From Nitrospirota bacterium (lineage in GTDB: Bacteria; Nitrospirota; UBA9217), in contig DATJAP010000011.1 in NCBI GenBank assembly GCA_035516155.1, positions 38,288 through 102,287 of the forward strand: a stretch of 64,000 bases of DNA, read 5' to 3'. Shown here piece by piece: positions 10,793 through 20,770 of the stretch. The notes under the pieces were generated by a model, which worked only from the letters and a program-made list of their open reading frames with translations, had not been told where the DNA came from and did not search any database. Positions within the stretch are counted from its first letter, which is position 1, and every line of letters starts with the position of its first letter. Both the position numbers and the translations under genes were made by a program.

Positions 10793-11725
10793 ATGAAGAT
10801 ACTTGTGACGGGAGGAGCGGGGTTTATTGGCAGCCACCTTGATGATGCACTGCTTCGGAGAGGGCATGAAGTTGCAGCTATAGACAACTTTATCCTGGGT
10901 ACCATCGACAATGTAAGACACAATCTTGCCGACGATTCTTTCAAATTATACCACGAGGATATTCTGAACATTGGTAAGCTCGAGGATATTTTTAAAACGG
11001 AGAAATTTGATGCGGTCTTCCATCTTGCGGCGAATTCCGACATACAGAGATCTATCGAAGCACCTTCAGTAGATTATGAATTGACATTTCAGACAACCTT
11101 CAACGTCCTCTTGTGCATGAAGAAATTCCAGGTCAATAATATTCTGTTTGCCTCCTCCTCAGCCATTTACGGGGAGTCTGATGCTACTCTCAGTGAGGAC
11201 TCAGGTCCGCTTTTCCCGATTTCACACTATGGGGCGGCAAAACTGGCCTCAGAAGCATTCATTTCCTCCTTTTGTGAGAATTATGGCCTGAAAGCCTGGA
11301 TATTCAGATTTCCGAATGTGGTGGGGGAGAGGTCGACCCATGGTGTGATTCACGATTTTGTGCGGAGGCTGCGAATCAATCCGAAGACATTAGACGTAAT
11401 GGGCGATGGAAACCAGAACAAACCGTACCTTTACATCAAAGATCTTGTGGACGCCATGCTGTTCTGCTGGGATCGCTCAAAAGATAAGATCAACTATTTC
11501 AATATCGGAGTTGATACGCGGACTAGGGTCAAAACGATAGCTGATATTGTGATCAGGAATATGGGTTTGAATCCGAGGATCAACTTTACCGGCGGTGACA
11601 GGGGCTGGGTTGGCGATGTGCCCGAATTCACGTATGATCTGGCAAAGCTTAAACGTTTAGGTTGGACGCCACGGCATACGTCGGACGAGGCAGTCGATCT
11701 CGCCGTAAAAGCGATGCTGCTTTAA
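10793..11725 (+). CDS. NAD-dependent sugar epimerase/dehydratase (extended SDR)
   Basis: Rossmann motif [15 protein letters not shown]. Catalytic YxxxK (YGAAKLASE). Confidence 0.85.
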   Translation: MKILVTGGAGFIGSHLDDALLRRGHEVAAIDNFILGTIDNVRHNLADDSFKLYHEDILNIGKLEDIFKTEKFDAVFHLAANSDIQRSIEAPSVDYELTFQTTFNVLLCMKKFQVNNILFASSSAIYGESDATLSEDSGPLFPISHYGAAKLASEAFISSFCENYGLKAWIFRFPNVVGERSTHGVIHDFVRRLRINPKTLDVMGDGNQNKPYLYIKDLVDAMLFCWDRSKDKINYFNIGVDTRTRVKTIADIVIRNMGLNPRINFTGGDRGWVGDVPEFTYDLAKLKRLGWTPRHTSDEAVDLAVKAMLL

Positions 11726-11746
11726 AACAGGTAACAGGCAGACCAC

Positions 11747-12853
11747 ATGAGAATAGCACATATCATAATCAAGGGCGTCGAAGTATCCGGCGGGATCGAG
11801 AAGTATGCCCTGGAACTCGGGTCTAGGCTTGTGAATCGAGGTCATGAAGTAGATGTTTACGCTATTCGAAGATACAAACCGCTCTATAGCGATTACAAAG
11901 GTGTTCGGATAATTCCTCTACCAAGCCTGAAGGGAAGAATTTTCGAAAAACTATCCGCTACGTTCGTGGCTTCCCTCGATCAACTCATAAGAAAAAGTGA
12001 CATCGTTCATTATCATGCATTCGGACAATCCATCCTGTCCTTCATTCCGAAGCTCAGAGGGAAACCAATACTTCTGCAGGGCCATGGGATCGAGTGGATG
12101 AGATCGAGATGGGGAGCCGGGGGACGGCTGTTCTTTCGATTGACGGAAGGGCCTTCGTTGAAGATTGCTGACCGGGTCACGGTGGTTTCGAAGGTCCAGA
12201 AGGAATACTTCAAGAAAAAGTATAACGTCGATACGGTTTACATTCCGCCCGGAATCGACGAGCCTGTGCGTAGAAAGCCGAACCTTATCAGGGCCTTGGG
12301 CCTTGAAGGCAATGATTATGTGCTCTTTGCATCGCGACTGGTGAGGGAGAAAGGCGCTCATTACCTGATAGAGGCTTTTTCCAGGCTGGAGACCGACAAA
12401 AAACTGGTGATCGTAGGCGACGTGAGAAACGAGGACAGCTATAAGGCTGAGTTGAAAAAGCTTGCGAAGCAGAAACCGGATAAGATTATCTTTACGGGCT
12501 ATGTGTCGAGAGAGATGTTACAGGAGTTCTATTCCAATGCGTACCTCTTTGTGCTGCCATCGGAGCTCGAGGGTCTGTCGGCAGGCCTCCTGGAGGCTAT
12601 GAGCTATGGCAATGCCTGCCTGGTCAGCGACATAGAGGAGAACAGGGAAGGGCTGGGGACGGATGGTTTTTATTTCAGGAACCGGGATGTCGATGATATG
12701 ACATCAGTGCTGAAGACCCTCCTCGCCTCTGAGGAGACGCTTAAGGACATGAGAGAAAAGGCGTTGTCCAAGATCATGACGGCCCATTCCTGGGACACGG
12801 TAACGGACCAGATAGAGCGCCTTTACGGAGAAATAGTGGAGGATGTACGCTGA
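11747..12853 (+). CDS. GT4 family glycosyltransferase
   Basis: RLVREKGAHYLIEAF...PSELEGLSAGLLEAMSYGNACLVSD (EX7E-type motif). Confidence 0.8.
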   Translation: MRIAHIIIKGVEVSGGIEKYALELGSRLVNRGHEVDVYAIRRYKPLYSDYKGVRIIPLPSLKGRIFEKLSATFVASLDQLIRKSDIVHYHAFGQSILSFIPKLRGKPILLQGHGIEWMRSRWGAGGRLFFRLTEGPSLKIADRVTVVSKVQKEYFKKKYNVDTVYIPPGIDEPVRRKPNLIRALGLEGNDYVLFASRLVREKGAHYLIEAFSRLETDKKLVIVGDVRNEDSYKAELKKLAKQKPDKIIFTGYVSREMLQEFYSNAYLFVLPSELEGLSAGLLEAMSYGNACLVSDIEENREGLGTDGFYFRNRDVDDMTSVLKTLLASEETLKDMREKALSKIMTAHSWDTVTDQIERLYGEIVEDVR

Positions 12854-13836
12854 TGAAGAAAGACCTGAAGACCGATTTTCGCTTTGCAAGCATCATTACC
12901 ACTTACAGGTGCAATGCACAGTGTCACATGTGCAATATCTGGAAGTTCCCCACCGATCAAAAGGAGGAACTGGATGTTTCAATCTACGAGAAACTGCCCA
13001 ACGTTCATTCCTTCAATGTGACCGGTGGCGAGCCTTTTTTGAGGAGCGAGCTTCCGGACATTATCCGGATTCTGAAAAAAAAGTCGCGAAGAATCGTCAT
13101 CAGCTCGAACGGCTACTTTACAGATCGTATCGCCAGGCTTTTTAAGCAGCACAGGGACATTGGGCTTCGGGTGAGTCTCGAGGGGCTGCCGCGGGCCAAT
13201 GACGATTTGAGAGGGATAAAAGACGGTTTCGACCGTGGGATAAGAACCCTGATCGAGCTCGATAGAATGGGCGTAAAGGACATCGGTTTCGGAATCACCG
13301 TTTCTGATAGGAACGCTAAAGATCTTCTGGAGCTTTATCACCTTTCCAAAATGATGAAACTGGAGTTTGCGAGCGCGGCACTCCACAACGCGTTTTATTT
13401 CCATAAATTCGATAACAAGTTTGATGATCCCGTGGCGGCAAAGCATGAATTTAAGAAGCTGGCCGAGGAATTGCTCCGATCGAAGCGTGTCAAGGATTGG
13501 TTTCGAGCCTTCTTCAACTATGGCCTCGCACAGTACATTGATGGAAAGCCCAGGCCCCTCCCCTGCGAAATGGGTCACGACTCTTTCTTCCTTGATCCTT
13601 TCGGGAGAATCCTCGCTTGTAATGCGCTGGACCAAAGCATGGGTAACTTGAAGGGGTCTTCATTCGATACTATCTGGTCGAGTCCTGAGTCTGAAGCGGT
13701 GAGGGCACAAGTGCGTGCCTGCCAGAAGAACTGCTGGATGATTGGAAGCGTGAGCCAACAGATGAAGAAGTATATCTGGGTTCCTGCTGGATGGATAATA
13801 AAGCATAAGTTCCTCGGCCGGAAAATCTGCGTCTAA
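12853..13836 (+). CDS. Radical SAM protein with a C-terminal Cys-rich (SPASM/twitch-like) extension
   Basis: CNAQCHMCN matches the CxxxCxxC cluster motif. GGEPFL glycine-rich SAM motif. C-terminal cysteines at CEMGH...ACN...CQKNCW. 1-nt overlap with the upstream GT4 gene. Confidence 0.75.
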   Translation: MKKDLKTDFRFASIITTYRCNAQCHMCNIWKFPTDQKEELDVSIYEKLPNVHSFNVTGGEPFLRSELPDIIRILKKKSRRIVISSNGYFTDRIARLFKQHRDIGLRVSLEGLPRANDDLRGIKDGFDRGIRTLIELDRMGVKDIGFGITVSDRNAKDLLELYHLSKMMKLEFASAALHNAFYFHKFDNKFDDPVAAKHEFKKLAEELLRSKRVKDWFRAFFNYGLAQYIDGKPRPLPCEMGHDSFFLDPFGRILACNALDQSMGNLKGSSFDTIWSSPESEAVRAQVRACQKNCWMIGSVSQQMKKYIWVPAGWIIKHKFLGRKICV

Positions 13837-13870
13837 TTGCAACCCGAGACCATCTGCAATTCACTAAACG

Positions 13871-15793
13871 ATGAATATCACGTCTACCTCCGCTATAATA
13901 ATTGCCGGTGGGAAAGGCACCAGAGTGGCCGGTGCCGCTAAGGACCTGCCGAAGTGCCTCATTCCGATTGGAGATAAACCTCTTTTACAGCATCAGATCG
14001 AATTCTTAAAAGCCAACGGTCTACTTAATATCAAAATTCTAATAGGCCATTTGGGCGATAAAATAGTCGGATACTTTGGAGATGGGACCTCATTCGGCGT
14101 CAATATATCCTATTTCAAGGAGAAGTATCCGCTTGGAACAGCGGGGTGCGTTAAGGAATTCGAAACTGATATTGGCGATGAAGATTTTCTCGTATTGTAT
14201 GGAGATATACTCGCCGAAATGAAACTCGCGGATCTTTTCCTTTTCCATGAATCAAATGCAGCAGCTGCAACATTGGTCGTGCATCCCAACGACCATCCCC
14301 ATGATAGCGACATTGTTGTTCTTGATGAGCGCTCAGCAATATCTGCGATCATTCAGAAAGACAATAAATCCGGATTTTATCCCAATTGTGTCAATGCTGC
14401 GATCTATGTACTGTCGAAGCGGGTATTTAAATACATTGACAAGGATCGTTTCTCTGACTTTATGAAAGATGTGTTTCCTAAAATGTTAATGCATGGAGAG
14501 AGACTGTGCGGTTACCGGACAGCTGAATACATAAAGGATATGGGCACAGTCGAAAGGTTAGCGGAGGTCCGGGCTGATTTTGCGGACGGTAGACTAGGCC
14601 GATTTCAGAAAGGGCAACAACGGCCGGCGATTTTCATGGACCGAGACGGTACCATTGTAAAGAAAATTGATCTACTCAGACGGGAGGAAGAGCTCACTAT
14701 TTATCCTTTTTCTGCTCAAGCCATCAGGAGGATTAATAATTCAAATTATCTTGCAATACTCATCACAAATCAACCTGTGATAGCAAGAAACTTGTGCACA
14801 CCGAACGAACTCAAAATGATTCACAACAAGTTGGAAACACTCTTGGGTCAGGAGAAGGCATATCTCAATGATATTTGCTATTGTCCTCACCATCCAGATG
14901 GCGGTTATCCTGGAGAAAACAGTGCCCTCAAAATAGACTGTGAATGCCGGAAACCGAAGACCGGCATGATTCAGTACGCTGCAGAACGGTACAATATTGA
15001 CTTAAAGGCTTCATGGATGATCGGTGACACAACAGCGGACATACAAACGGGAATCAATGCGGGGCAGAAGACGATTCTGGTCCGCACCGGAGATGCAGGG
15101 AAAGATCAAAAGTGGCGAATTGACCCTGACTATACCTTTGATGATGTCGAGCAGGCAATAGATTTCATACTGATGTCCCGAGATTTGTATAGCTCTTATA
15201 TTAGAGCAATCCTTGATAAGATTCATGTCCAAAAAGACGCCACTCCGATAGTCATCTCCATTGGGGGGCTGGCAAGATCCGGAAAGTCTACTTTTGCAGC
15301 ATATTTGAAAAACAGTATCCTGGAAGCGAACCTATCTTGCCAGGTATTGTCGCTGGACAGTTGGTTGCTGAATTTAAATGAGAGGAACGGCAAGCAAAAC
15401 GTCAGGGAGCGATACAGATATCGCGATATTGAGCGAGATGTCAGAGAGGCAATAGACGGAAAAGATGTTGTTATCAAACGGTATAACCCTTTCACGAGAG
15501 CCGTGGATTCAACCCGTATTTTTTCTCTTGGAAGTTCCAGATGTTTAATCATAGAAGGGGTTCCGGCAATGGACATAGCCGGACTTAGAAATATGTCAAA
15601 ATTAAAAATATATGTCGATTGCGATGAGTCAATCAGGCGTGAAAGGCTTTTGCGCTTCTATCGTTGGAAAGAAATGCAGGATAAACAAATTACCGAAATC
15701 CTTTGCGAACGCAACCAGGACGAAACCCCTTACATTGTTGATTCAAAGAAATATGCGGACATCGTGATAACTCTTCAAGGAAGGTTCACATGA
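13871..15793 (+). CDS. Tri-domain fusion: sugar-1-phosphate nucleotidyltransferase (HddC-like), GmhB-type HAD heptose bisphosphate phosphatase, and a P-loop uridine-kinase/PRK-like domain
   Basis: - aa 1-240: AIIIAGGKGTRV...LPKCLIPIGDKPLL (NTP_transferase).
- aa ~250-440: AIFMDRDGTI plus CYCPHHPDGG...CECRKPKTGM (GmhB zinc and HAD motifs) and GDTTADIQTGINAG.
- aa ~455-640: ISIGGLARSGKST Walker A and LSLDSW, as in uridine kinase/PRK. Confidence 0.7.
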   Translation: MNITSTSAIIIAGGKGTRVAGAAKDLPKCLIPIGDKPLLQHQIEFLKANGLLNIKILIGHLGDKIVGYFGDGTSFGVNISYFKEKYPLGTAGCVKEFETDIGDEDFLVLYGDILAEMKLADLFLFHESNAAAATLVVHPNDHPHDSDIVVLDERSAISAIIQKDNKSGFYPNCVNAAIYVLSKRVFKYIDKDRFSDFMKDVFPKMLMHGERLCGYRTAEYIKDMGTVERLAEVRADFADGRLGRFQKGQQRPAIFMDRDGTIVKKIDLLRREEELTIYPFSAQAIRRINNSNYLAILITNQPVIARNLCTPNELKMIHNKLETLLGQEKAYLNDICYCPHHPDGGYPGENSALKIDCECRKPKTGMIQYAAERYNIDLKASWMIGDTTADIQTGINAGQKTILVRTGDAGKDQKWRIDPDYTFDDVEQAIDFILMSRDLYSSYIRAILDKIHVQKDATPIVISIGGLARSGKSTFAAYLKNSILEANLSCQVLSLDSWLLNLNERNGKQNVRERYRYRDIERDVREAIDGKDVVIKRYNPFTRAVDSTRIFSLGSSRCLIIEGVPAMDIAGLRNMSKLKIYVDCDESIRRERLLRFYRWKEMQDKQITEILCERNQDETPYIVDSKKYADIVITLQGRFT

Positions 15794-16767
15794 TTATTAC
15801 AAGGACGCCATTTAGAATCAGTTTTGCAGGCGGGGGCAGCGACTTGAGGGACTATTATTCGAAGTACGGCGGATCGGTTGTCAGTACCTCTATCAACAAG
15901 TATATTTACCTTTCTATGCATCCTTACTTCCACGAGAAAAGATATTTCTTAAAATATTCGAAAAATGAACTTGTTGATGACGTGAACCGAGTAGAGCACA
16001 AAATCATCAGGAAGGTATTTCAAGATTACGCAATTGCCGGCGTTGATTTCAATTCCAGTGCTGATGTGCCCGCTAGTACAGGGCTTGGTTCTTCCTCCGC
16101 ATTCACGGTTGGCCTAACCAATCTTTGCAATGCTTTCACAAGTAAATACATGAGTCAAGAGGACATGGCGGCATATGCCTGTACCGTGGAAATCGACAAA
16201 CTCGGTGAACCCATTGGCAAGCAGGACCAGTATGCCTGCGCTGTTGGAGGAATCAATTTCATCCGCTTCAACAGCGACGAATCGGTTGTGGTTGAAAAGA
16301 TCCTGTTGAAAAAGGAAAAGGCCGAGGAACTTGAGAAGAATCTTCTTCTCTTCTATATGGGGAGTACCCGGTCAGCGAGTTCCATTCTCAGTGAACAGAA
16401 ACAGAATCTTTCCGAAAATAACGGTAAATTGAAGAATCTACATAAGATGGTCGAGCTTTCAAAGGTACTGAAACGTGAACTGCAGAATAATAATGTGGAT
16501 TCATTGGGAGAGATACTCCATGCTGGATGGATTTACAAGAGGGAGTTGGCCTCATCCATAACAAATGAGACAATCGACTGCTACTACAATACGGCGATAA
16601 AGAATGGGGCTATCGGGGGAAAGCTTCTTGGGGCTGGAGGGGGAGGTTTCCTGCTGCTTTATGTGAGAAGACAAGAGCATGAGAGGCTACGAAGAGCATT
16701 GAGCGACTTGAGTGAATTCCAATTTAAATTTGAAACTATAGGGTCAACAGTCATCTATTATGACTGA
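15790..16767 (+). CDS. hddA: GHMP-family sugar kinase, D-glycero-D-manno-heptose 7-phosphate kinase-like
   Basis: N-terminus IITRTPFRISFAGGGSDL. GHMP motif PASTGLGSSSAF. C-terminal GGKLLGAGGGGFLL. ATGA overlap with the upstream gene. Confidence 0.7.
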   Translation: MIITRTPFRISFAGGGSDLRDYYSKYGGSVVSTSINKYIYLSMHPYFHEKRYFLKYSKNELVDDVNRVEHKIIRKVFQDYAIAGVDFNSSADVPASTGLGSSSAFTVGLTNLCNAFTSKYMSQEDMAAYACTVEIDKLGEPIGKQDQYACAVGGINFIRFNSDESVVVEKILLKKEKAEELEKNLLLFYMGSTRSASSILSEQKQNLSENNGKLKNLHKMVELSKVLKRELQNNNVDSLGEILHAGWIYKRELASSITNETIDCYYNTAIKNGAIGGKLLGAGGGGFLLLYVRRQEHERLRRALSDLSEFQFKFETIGSTVIYYD

Positions 16768-16785
16768 CCAGAGGCGGAGGCGCAC

Positions 16786-17364
16786 ATGACTTTTACCGTT
16801 CTTATTGATCAGTATCTAGAGAAGCTCCAGCGTACTATTGACGCCTTGGACCGAAGACAGCTTAACAAACTGGCTGAATTACTTATGGATGCCTACCAAA
16901 GAGATGCGAATATATTCATCTGCGGCAATGGTGGAAGCGCATTGACGGCCTCACACTTTGCGTGCGATTTGAACAAGGGTGCGAGCTACGGTTTAGAGAA
17001 GAGATGGAGGGTCATTGCTTTGACTGACAACCTGGCAACCATTATGGCTTATGCAAACGACGTGTCCTATGACGAAGTATTCGTGGAACAGTTAAAGAAT
17101 TTTATGAAGCCAAAAGATGTCATTATTGCCATATCGGGAAGTGGAAATTCCGTCAATGTCCTGAAAGCAATAAAATACGCCCGCGAAAAGGGCGGCATGA
17201 CTATAGGTCTTACCGGGTATGATGGAGGCTCCTTGGCGAAGATAGCCAATTTAGCTCTCAATGCCAATATCAATGATATGCAGATATCCGAAGACATCCA
17301 TATGATCACTAGCCACCTCATCATGAGTGCTCTCAAGCAAACTACTCCGGGGAGCAATAAATAG
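16786..17364 (+). CDS. gmhA: SIS-domain phosphoheptose isomerase
   Basis: ANIFICGNGGSALTASHFACDL and DVIIAISGSGNSVNV are hallmark GmhA/SIS motifs. 192 aa. Confidence 0.8.
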   Translation: MTFTVLIDQYLEKLQRTIDALDRRQLNKLAELLMDAYQRDANIFICGNGGSALTASHFACDLNKGASYGLEKRWRVIALTDNLATIMAYANDVSYDEVFVEQLKNFMKPKDVIIAISGSGNSVNVLKAIKYAREKGGMTIGLTGYDGGSLAKIANLALNANINDMQISEDIHMITSHLIMSALKQTTPGSNK

Positions 17365-17409
17365 CTTGCATTGGGACAGGAAATAATATTGCACGAAAGA
17401 GTTTGAAAC

Positions 17410-18981
17410 ATGAATAAGTTAAAAGCCCATCTCGCAGATCTTCGGATACAGATTGCCGTCCTGGCGGTACTCTTCATAGTAGCCTATTACGTTCCGCTCA
17501 AAACCATGGCAAAAATATGGTGGGAGAACGAGGACTACTCCTATGGATTTATGATCCCGCTCGCGTCGGCCTATCTGCTCTGGGAGAACCGGAAAAGCCT
17601 CGGCGCGATCCCGGTCAGGAGCGCATGGGGTGGACTTCCGGTGCTGTTGCTGTTCACCCTGCTCTCCCTCTACGGGATCCTCGGCTCCAGTGGAAATGTC
17701 TCAATGCCGTCCATACCCGTGCTGATCGTGCTGTTCACCCTGTTCTGCTTTGGGGTCGAAGCGGTCAAGCGACTGATGCTTCCGCTGGGGTTCCTCTTTT
17801 TCATGGTTCCTCTTCCCGCGATCATCGAGCGGTATCTCGGTCTGCAACTCAAAGCCATATCCACCAGACTAGGAGGAGAGTTCATCGCCCTGTGCAATAT
17901 TCCGGTCAACATAAGCGGCAATATTATCGATCTTGGCGTGATGCAGCTGCAAGTTGTGGACGCATGCAGCGGCATGCGCTATATTTTCCCGCTGCTCGCT
18001 CTGGGATTACTTTTTGCGCATTTTTTCGAGAGAGCATTTTGGAAGAAGATAGTCTGCGTTCTCGTGACCATTCCCGTGGGCGTCATGTTCAATGCATTGC
18101 GGATCGGGCTCACGGGGGTGCTCATGGAACGCTTCGGCCCCAGCGTCGCACAGGGGTTCTTTCATGACCTGGAGGGCTGGATCGTGTTCGTGTTCGCCTT
18201 CATCATGCTATTTGCCGTCAGGTGGGTTCTAAGGATATTCCCGCCCCGGGCTGGGGTTGGCCGGCAGCCGACTGCCCCGGAAGCCGGTCCAGTCCCGTTA
18301 GCGGCGACAGAGCGGGGGAAGACGACGTCCGCATTTCTGGTTGCTGCGGGGGTCCTAATGGCCGTCGCGGCACTCAGCCTAAGCACGAGTACCCTGCCAC
18401 CCGTTGTCATCACGGGTGGCATCGAGAGCCTGCCTCTGGTTATCGGACCATGGAAAGGGAGTCAGGAAATCATCAACTCGGTCATGGTTCAGGAATCAGG
18501 CGCTGAACAGGCCTTCAGCGGATATTTCACAGACCGGTCCGGTGGCCGTGTGTCGCTTTACGTCGGGTACCGGAGTTCGGCATTCCTTGCCAATGAGAAC
18601 TTCTTTCATAGCCCCACAGTATGCATCCCTTCCTCGGGGTGGGTGGAACGAGACGTGAAACGAAGAACAATCACCGGCGTCCCCCCATTTGGTTCCCTCG
18701 AGGTCATGACGATGGTCATCGAAAAGGAAGGGATACGGCAGCTCGTTTACTTCTGGTTCCAAACCAAGAACCGAGCTACGTACGACAAGAACATTAACCG
18801 GTTCCATCTTTCGCTTCATGCCCTCCAACGCGACAACACCTATGACCTGTTTCTGCGCCCGATCACGCCCATCGACGGGACGGAGAGGATCGAAAATGCC
18901 GAGCAGAGGCTCGACACGTTCATACGGGACCTGATGCCTGTTCTTCTTCAGTTCCTGAAAGAAAAGCAGGTCACCACATAG
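17410..18981 (+). CDS. Exosortase (EpsH/Xrt family) fused to a C-terminal EpsI-family domain
   Basis: - WWENEDYSYGFMIPLASAYLLW N-terminal signature.
- Catalytic-type residues in VDACSGMRYIFPLL (Cys), NALRIG (Arg) and FHDLEGW (His).
- From about aa 330 (nt ~18400) an EpsI-like periplasmic domain: IGPWKGS...LYVGYRSS...FHSPTVCIPSSGW. Confidence 0.85.
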   Translation: MNKLKAHLADLRIQIAVLAVLFIVAYYVPLKTMAKIWWENEDYSYGFMIPLASAYLLWENRKSLGAIPVRSAWGGLPVLLLFTLLSLYGILGSSGNVSMPSIPVLIVLFTLFCFGVEAVKRLMLPLGFLFFMVPLPAIIERYLGLQLKAISTRLGGEFIALCNIPVNISGNIIDLGVMQLQVVDACSGMRYIFPLLALGLLFAHFFERAFWKKIVCVLVTIPVGVMFNALRIGLTGVLMERFGPSVAQGFFHDLEGWIVFVFAFIMLFAVRWVLRIFPPRAGVGRQPTAPEAGPVPLAATERGKTTSAFLVAAGVLMAVAALSLSTSTLPPVVITGGIESLPLVIGPWKGSQEIINSVMVQESGAEQAFSGYFTDRSGGRVSLYVGYRSSAFLANENFFHSPTVCIPSSGWVERDVKRRTITGVPPFGSLEVMTMVIEKEGIRQLVYFWFQTKNRATYDKNINRFHLSLHALQRDNTYDLFLRPITPIDGTERIENAEQRLDTFIRDLMPVLLQFLKEKQVTT

Positions 18982-18995
18982 GTATTCCCCCCCTT

Positions 18996-20639
18996 ATGCT
19001 ATATCTCTCGACTATGATGCTCTCGGTATTCATCACTGTAAGCCTGATACCCATGATGAGCTGGCTTGCGGACAAGTACCAGGTTATGGACCTTCCCAAT
19101 CCCCGGAAGATCCATGTCCGTCCGGTGCCGAGGATCGGGGGGCTAGCGATGGCCGTTGGTGTCTTTATCCCCATCGTTCTTTGGGCCCTCGCCAACGAGT
19201 TCGTGCGGGCTTTTATCGCGGCAACGAGCCTCCTGGTCATCTTTGGATTCATCGACGACATGAAAGGGCTCGGATACCAGGTGAAATTCGGCGGGCAGAT
19301 CCTTGCGGCCCTGATCATAATATTCTACGGCGGGCTCAAGATCAGCTCCCTCGGTAGCCTTCTGCCGGGAGACATGCAGCTGACCGAATCGCTGAAGATC
19401 ATGCTTACCTTGGTGTCAATCGTCGGCGTCACGAACGCGGTGAACTTGGCCGACGGCCTCGACGGGCTTGCCGGGGGTATCTCGCTGCTCAGCTTCTGCT
19501 GCATTGGATATCTCGCATATCTTGACGGCAGTAACACGGTCCTGCTCATAACCGTGGCCGTGGCTGGTGCGATATTCGGATTTCTCCGGTTCAATACCTA
19601 TCCCGCTAGTCTCTTCATGGGCGATACAGGAAGTCAGCTGCTGGGGTTCTCCGCGATCGTGCTGGCGATTAAGACGACTCAAGGCAATACTCCTCTGAGT
19701 CCCGTGCTGCCGCTTATCATCCTTGGCTTACCCGTGCTCGACACACTGAGCGTCATGGTGCACAGAATCAGCCGGGGCAGGTCGCCTTTTTCGCCGGACA
19801 AGAATCATTTTCATCACCGGTTGATCAAGTTTGGGCTTTCCCACTCCGAAGCGGTGTTCGTCATATACGTGATACAGGCGCTGATGATCCTCGCCGCCAT
19901 CTACTTCAAATATTATTCCGACTGGATTCTCATTGCCGGCTACTGTACCTTCTCCATGGTTGTTGTCAGAATGTTCGCCGTTGTGGACCGCAAGGCCCTC
20001 CGGTTCCCGCGTTTTCGCATCATGGAGGCGGCCGTCAAGGGTCGGCTGCGGAAAATAAAGGAAAACAACTACATCATCAGGTTCTCCTTCGGCGTATTGA
20101 AACTGGTCATCCCCCTTCTCCTGCTGTTTTCCTGCTTCATTCCCGCACGGATCCCGGAGCATGTCTCAATCACGGCCCTCTGCTTCAGTGTGCTGATTCT
20201 AGGGGTATTTCTAGCGCGGAAGAGATACTTAGGGTCGAGTCTGCGACTCGTGCTCTATCTGACTGTCCCCCTCGTTCTCTATTGCATTGAGGAGGGAAGA
20301 GCGGCCTGGATGAACGAAAAGGCGTTGTTTCTGTACCGGCTGTGCTTCGGCATCATTGCTGTATTCATTATGCTCACGGTCAAGTTCTCGAAACGATCGC
20401 AAGGTTTCAGAATGTCGACCATGGACTTTCTGATCGTCTTCATTGCCGTGACCGTACCCAATTTGACAGGTCAGCTGGCACAGCATTTCAATTTGGGCCT
20501 GCTGGCAGTGGAGATTATTGTATTCTTTTTCGGCTATGAAGTGGTGATCAACGAACTTCGGGAAAAGTTCGATACCCTCACGATGGCGACGTTTGCCGCA
20601 ATGGTGGTTCTCAGTGTTCGAGGATACGTGGGAGTTTGA
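18996..20639 (+). CDS. MraY/WecA-family polyprenyl-phosphate sugar-1-phosphate transferase with a long C-terminal membrane extension
   Basis: DLPNPRKIHVRPVPRIGG, GFIDDMKGL, NAVNLADGLDGLAGG and FMGDTGSQLLGF are canonical PNPT motifs. 547 aa versus ~360 for typical WecA. Confidence 0.85.
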   Translation: MLYLSTMMLSVFITVSLIPMMSWLADKYQVMDLPNPRKIHVRPVPRIGGLAMAVGVFIPIVLWALANEFVRAFIAATSLLVIFGFIDDMKGLGYQVKFGGQILAALIIIFYGGLKISSLGSLLPGDMQLTESLKIMLTLVSIVGVTNAVNLADGLDGLAGGISLLSFCCIGYLAYLDGSNTVLLITVAVAGAIFGFLRFNTYPASLFMGDTGSQLLGFSAIVLAIKTTQGNTPLSPVLPLIILGLPVLDTLSVMVHRISRGRSPFSPDKNHFHHRLIKFGLSHSEAVFVIYVIQALMILAAIYFKYYSDWILIAGYCTFSMVVVRMFAVVDRKALRFPRFRIMEAAVKGRLRKIKENNYIIRFSFGVLKLVIPLLLLFSCFIPARIPEHVSITALCFSVLILGVFLARKRYLGSSLRLVLYLTVPLVLYCIEEGRAAWMNEKALFLYRLCFGIIAVFIMLTVKFSKRSQGFRMSTMDFLIVFIAVTVPNLTGQLAQHFNLGLLAVEIIVFFFGYEVVINELREKFDTLTMATFAAMVVLSVRGYVGV

Positions 20640-20770
20640 GAGGGCTTCCGGCAGGAACGGGCTCCTTCCGGGGGAAGACACTCGGTGCAACTAAAACGAA
20701 GCCAGGATCCGATAATAGTGGACAATGGCTGGGAAATATTTTCCGGCAGTGGAAAAGGGAGGCGTGGAAC

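Noticed and set aside
12979-13635. 218-aa antisense ORF inside the radical SAM gene. Similar long antisense or out-of-frame ORFs occur at 17517-18167, 20870-21478, 25501-26262, 35793-36458, 37803-38699, 44674-45321, 47182-47682 and 52892-53482.
   Set aside because: Each lies entirely within a gene that has strong family motifs on the other strand or frame. Their products are low-complexity, Arg/Pro/Gly-rich or motif-free, and they cluster in GC-rich stretches where stop codons are rare. They are treated as shadow ORFs.
20636-20770. N-terminal 45-codon extension of the TPR lipoprotein ORF, overlapping the end of the WecA-like gene.
   Set aside because: The extension is not signal-like. The internal ATG at 20771 yields a clean signal peptide plus lipobox (ITVSC).
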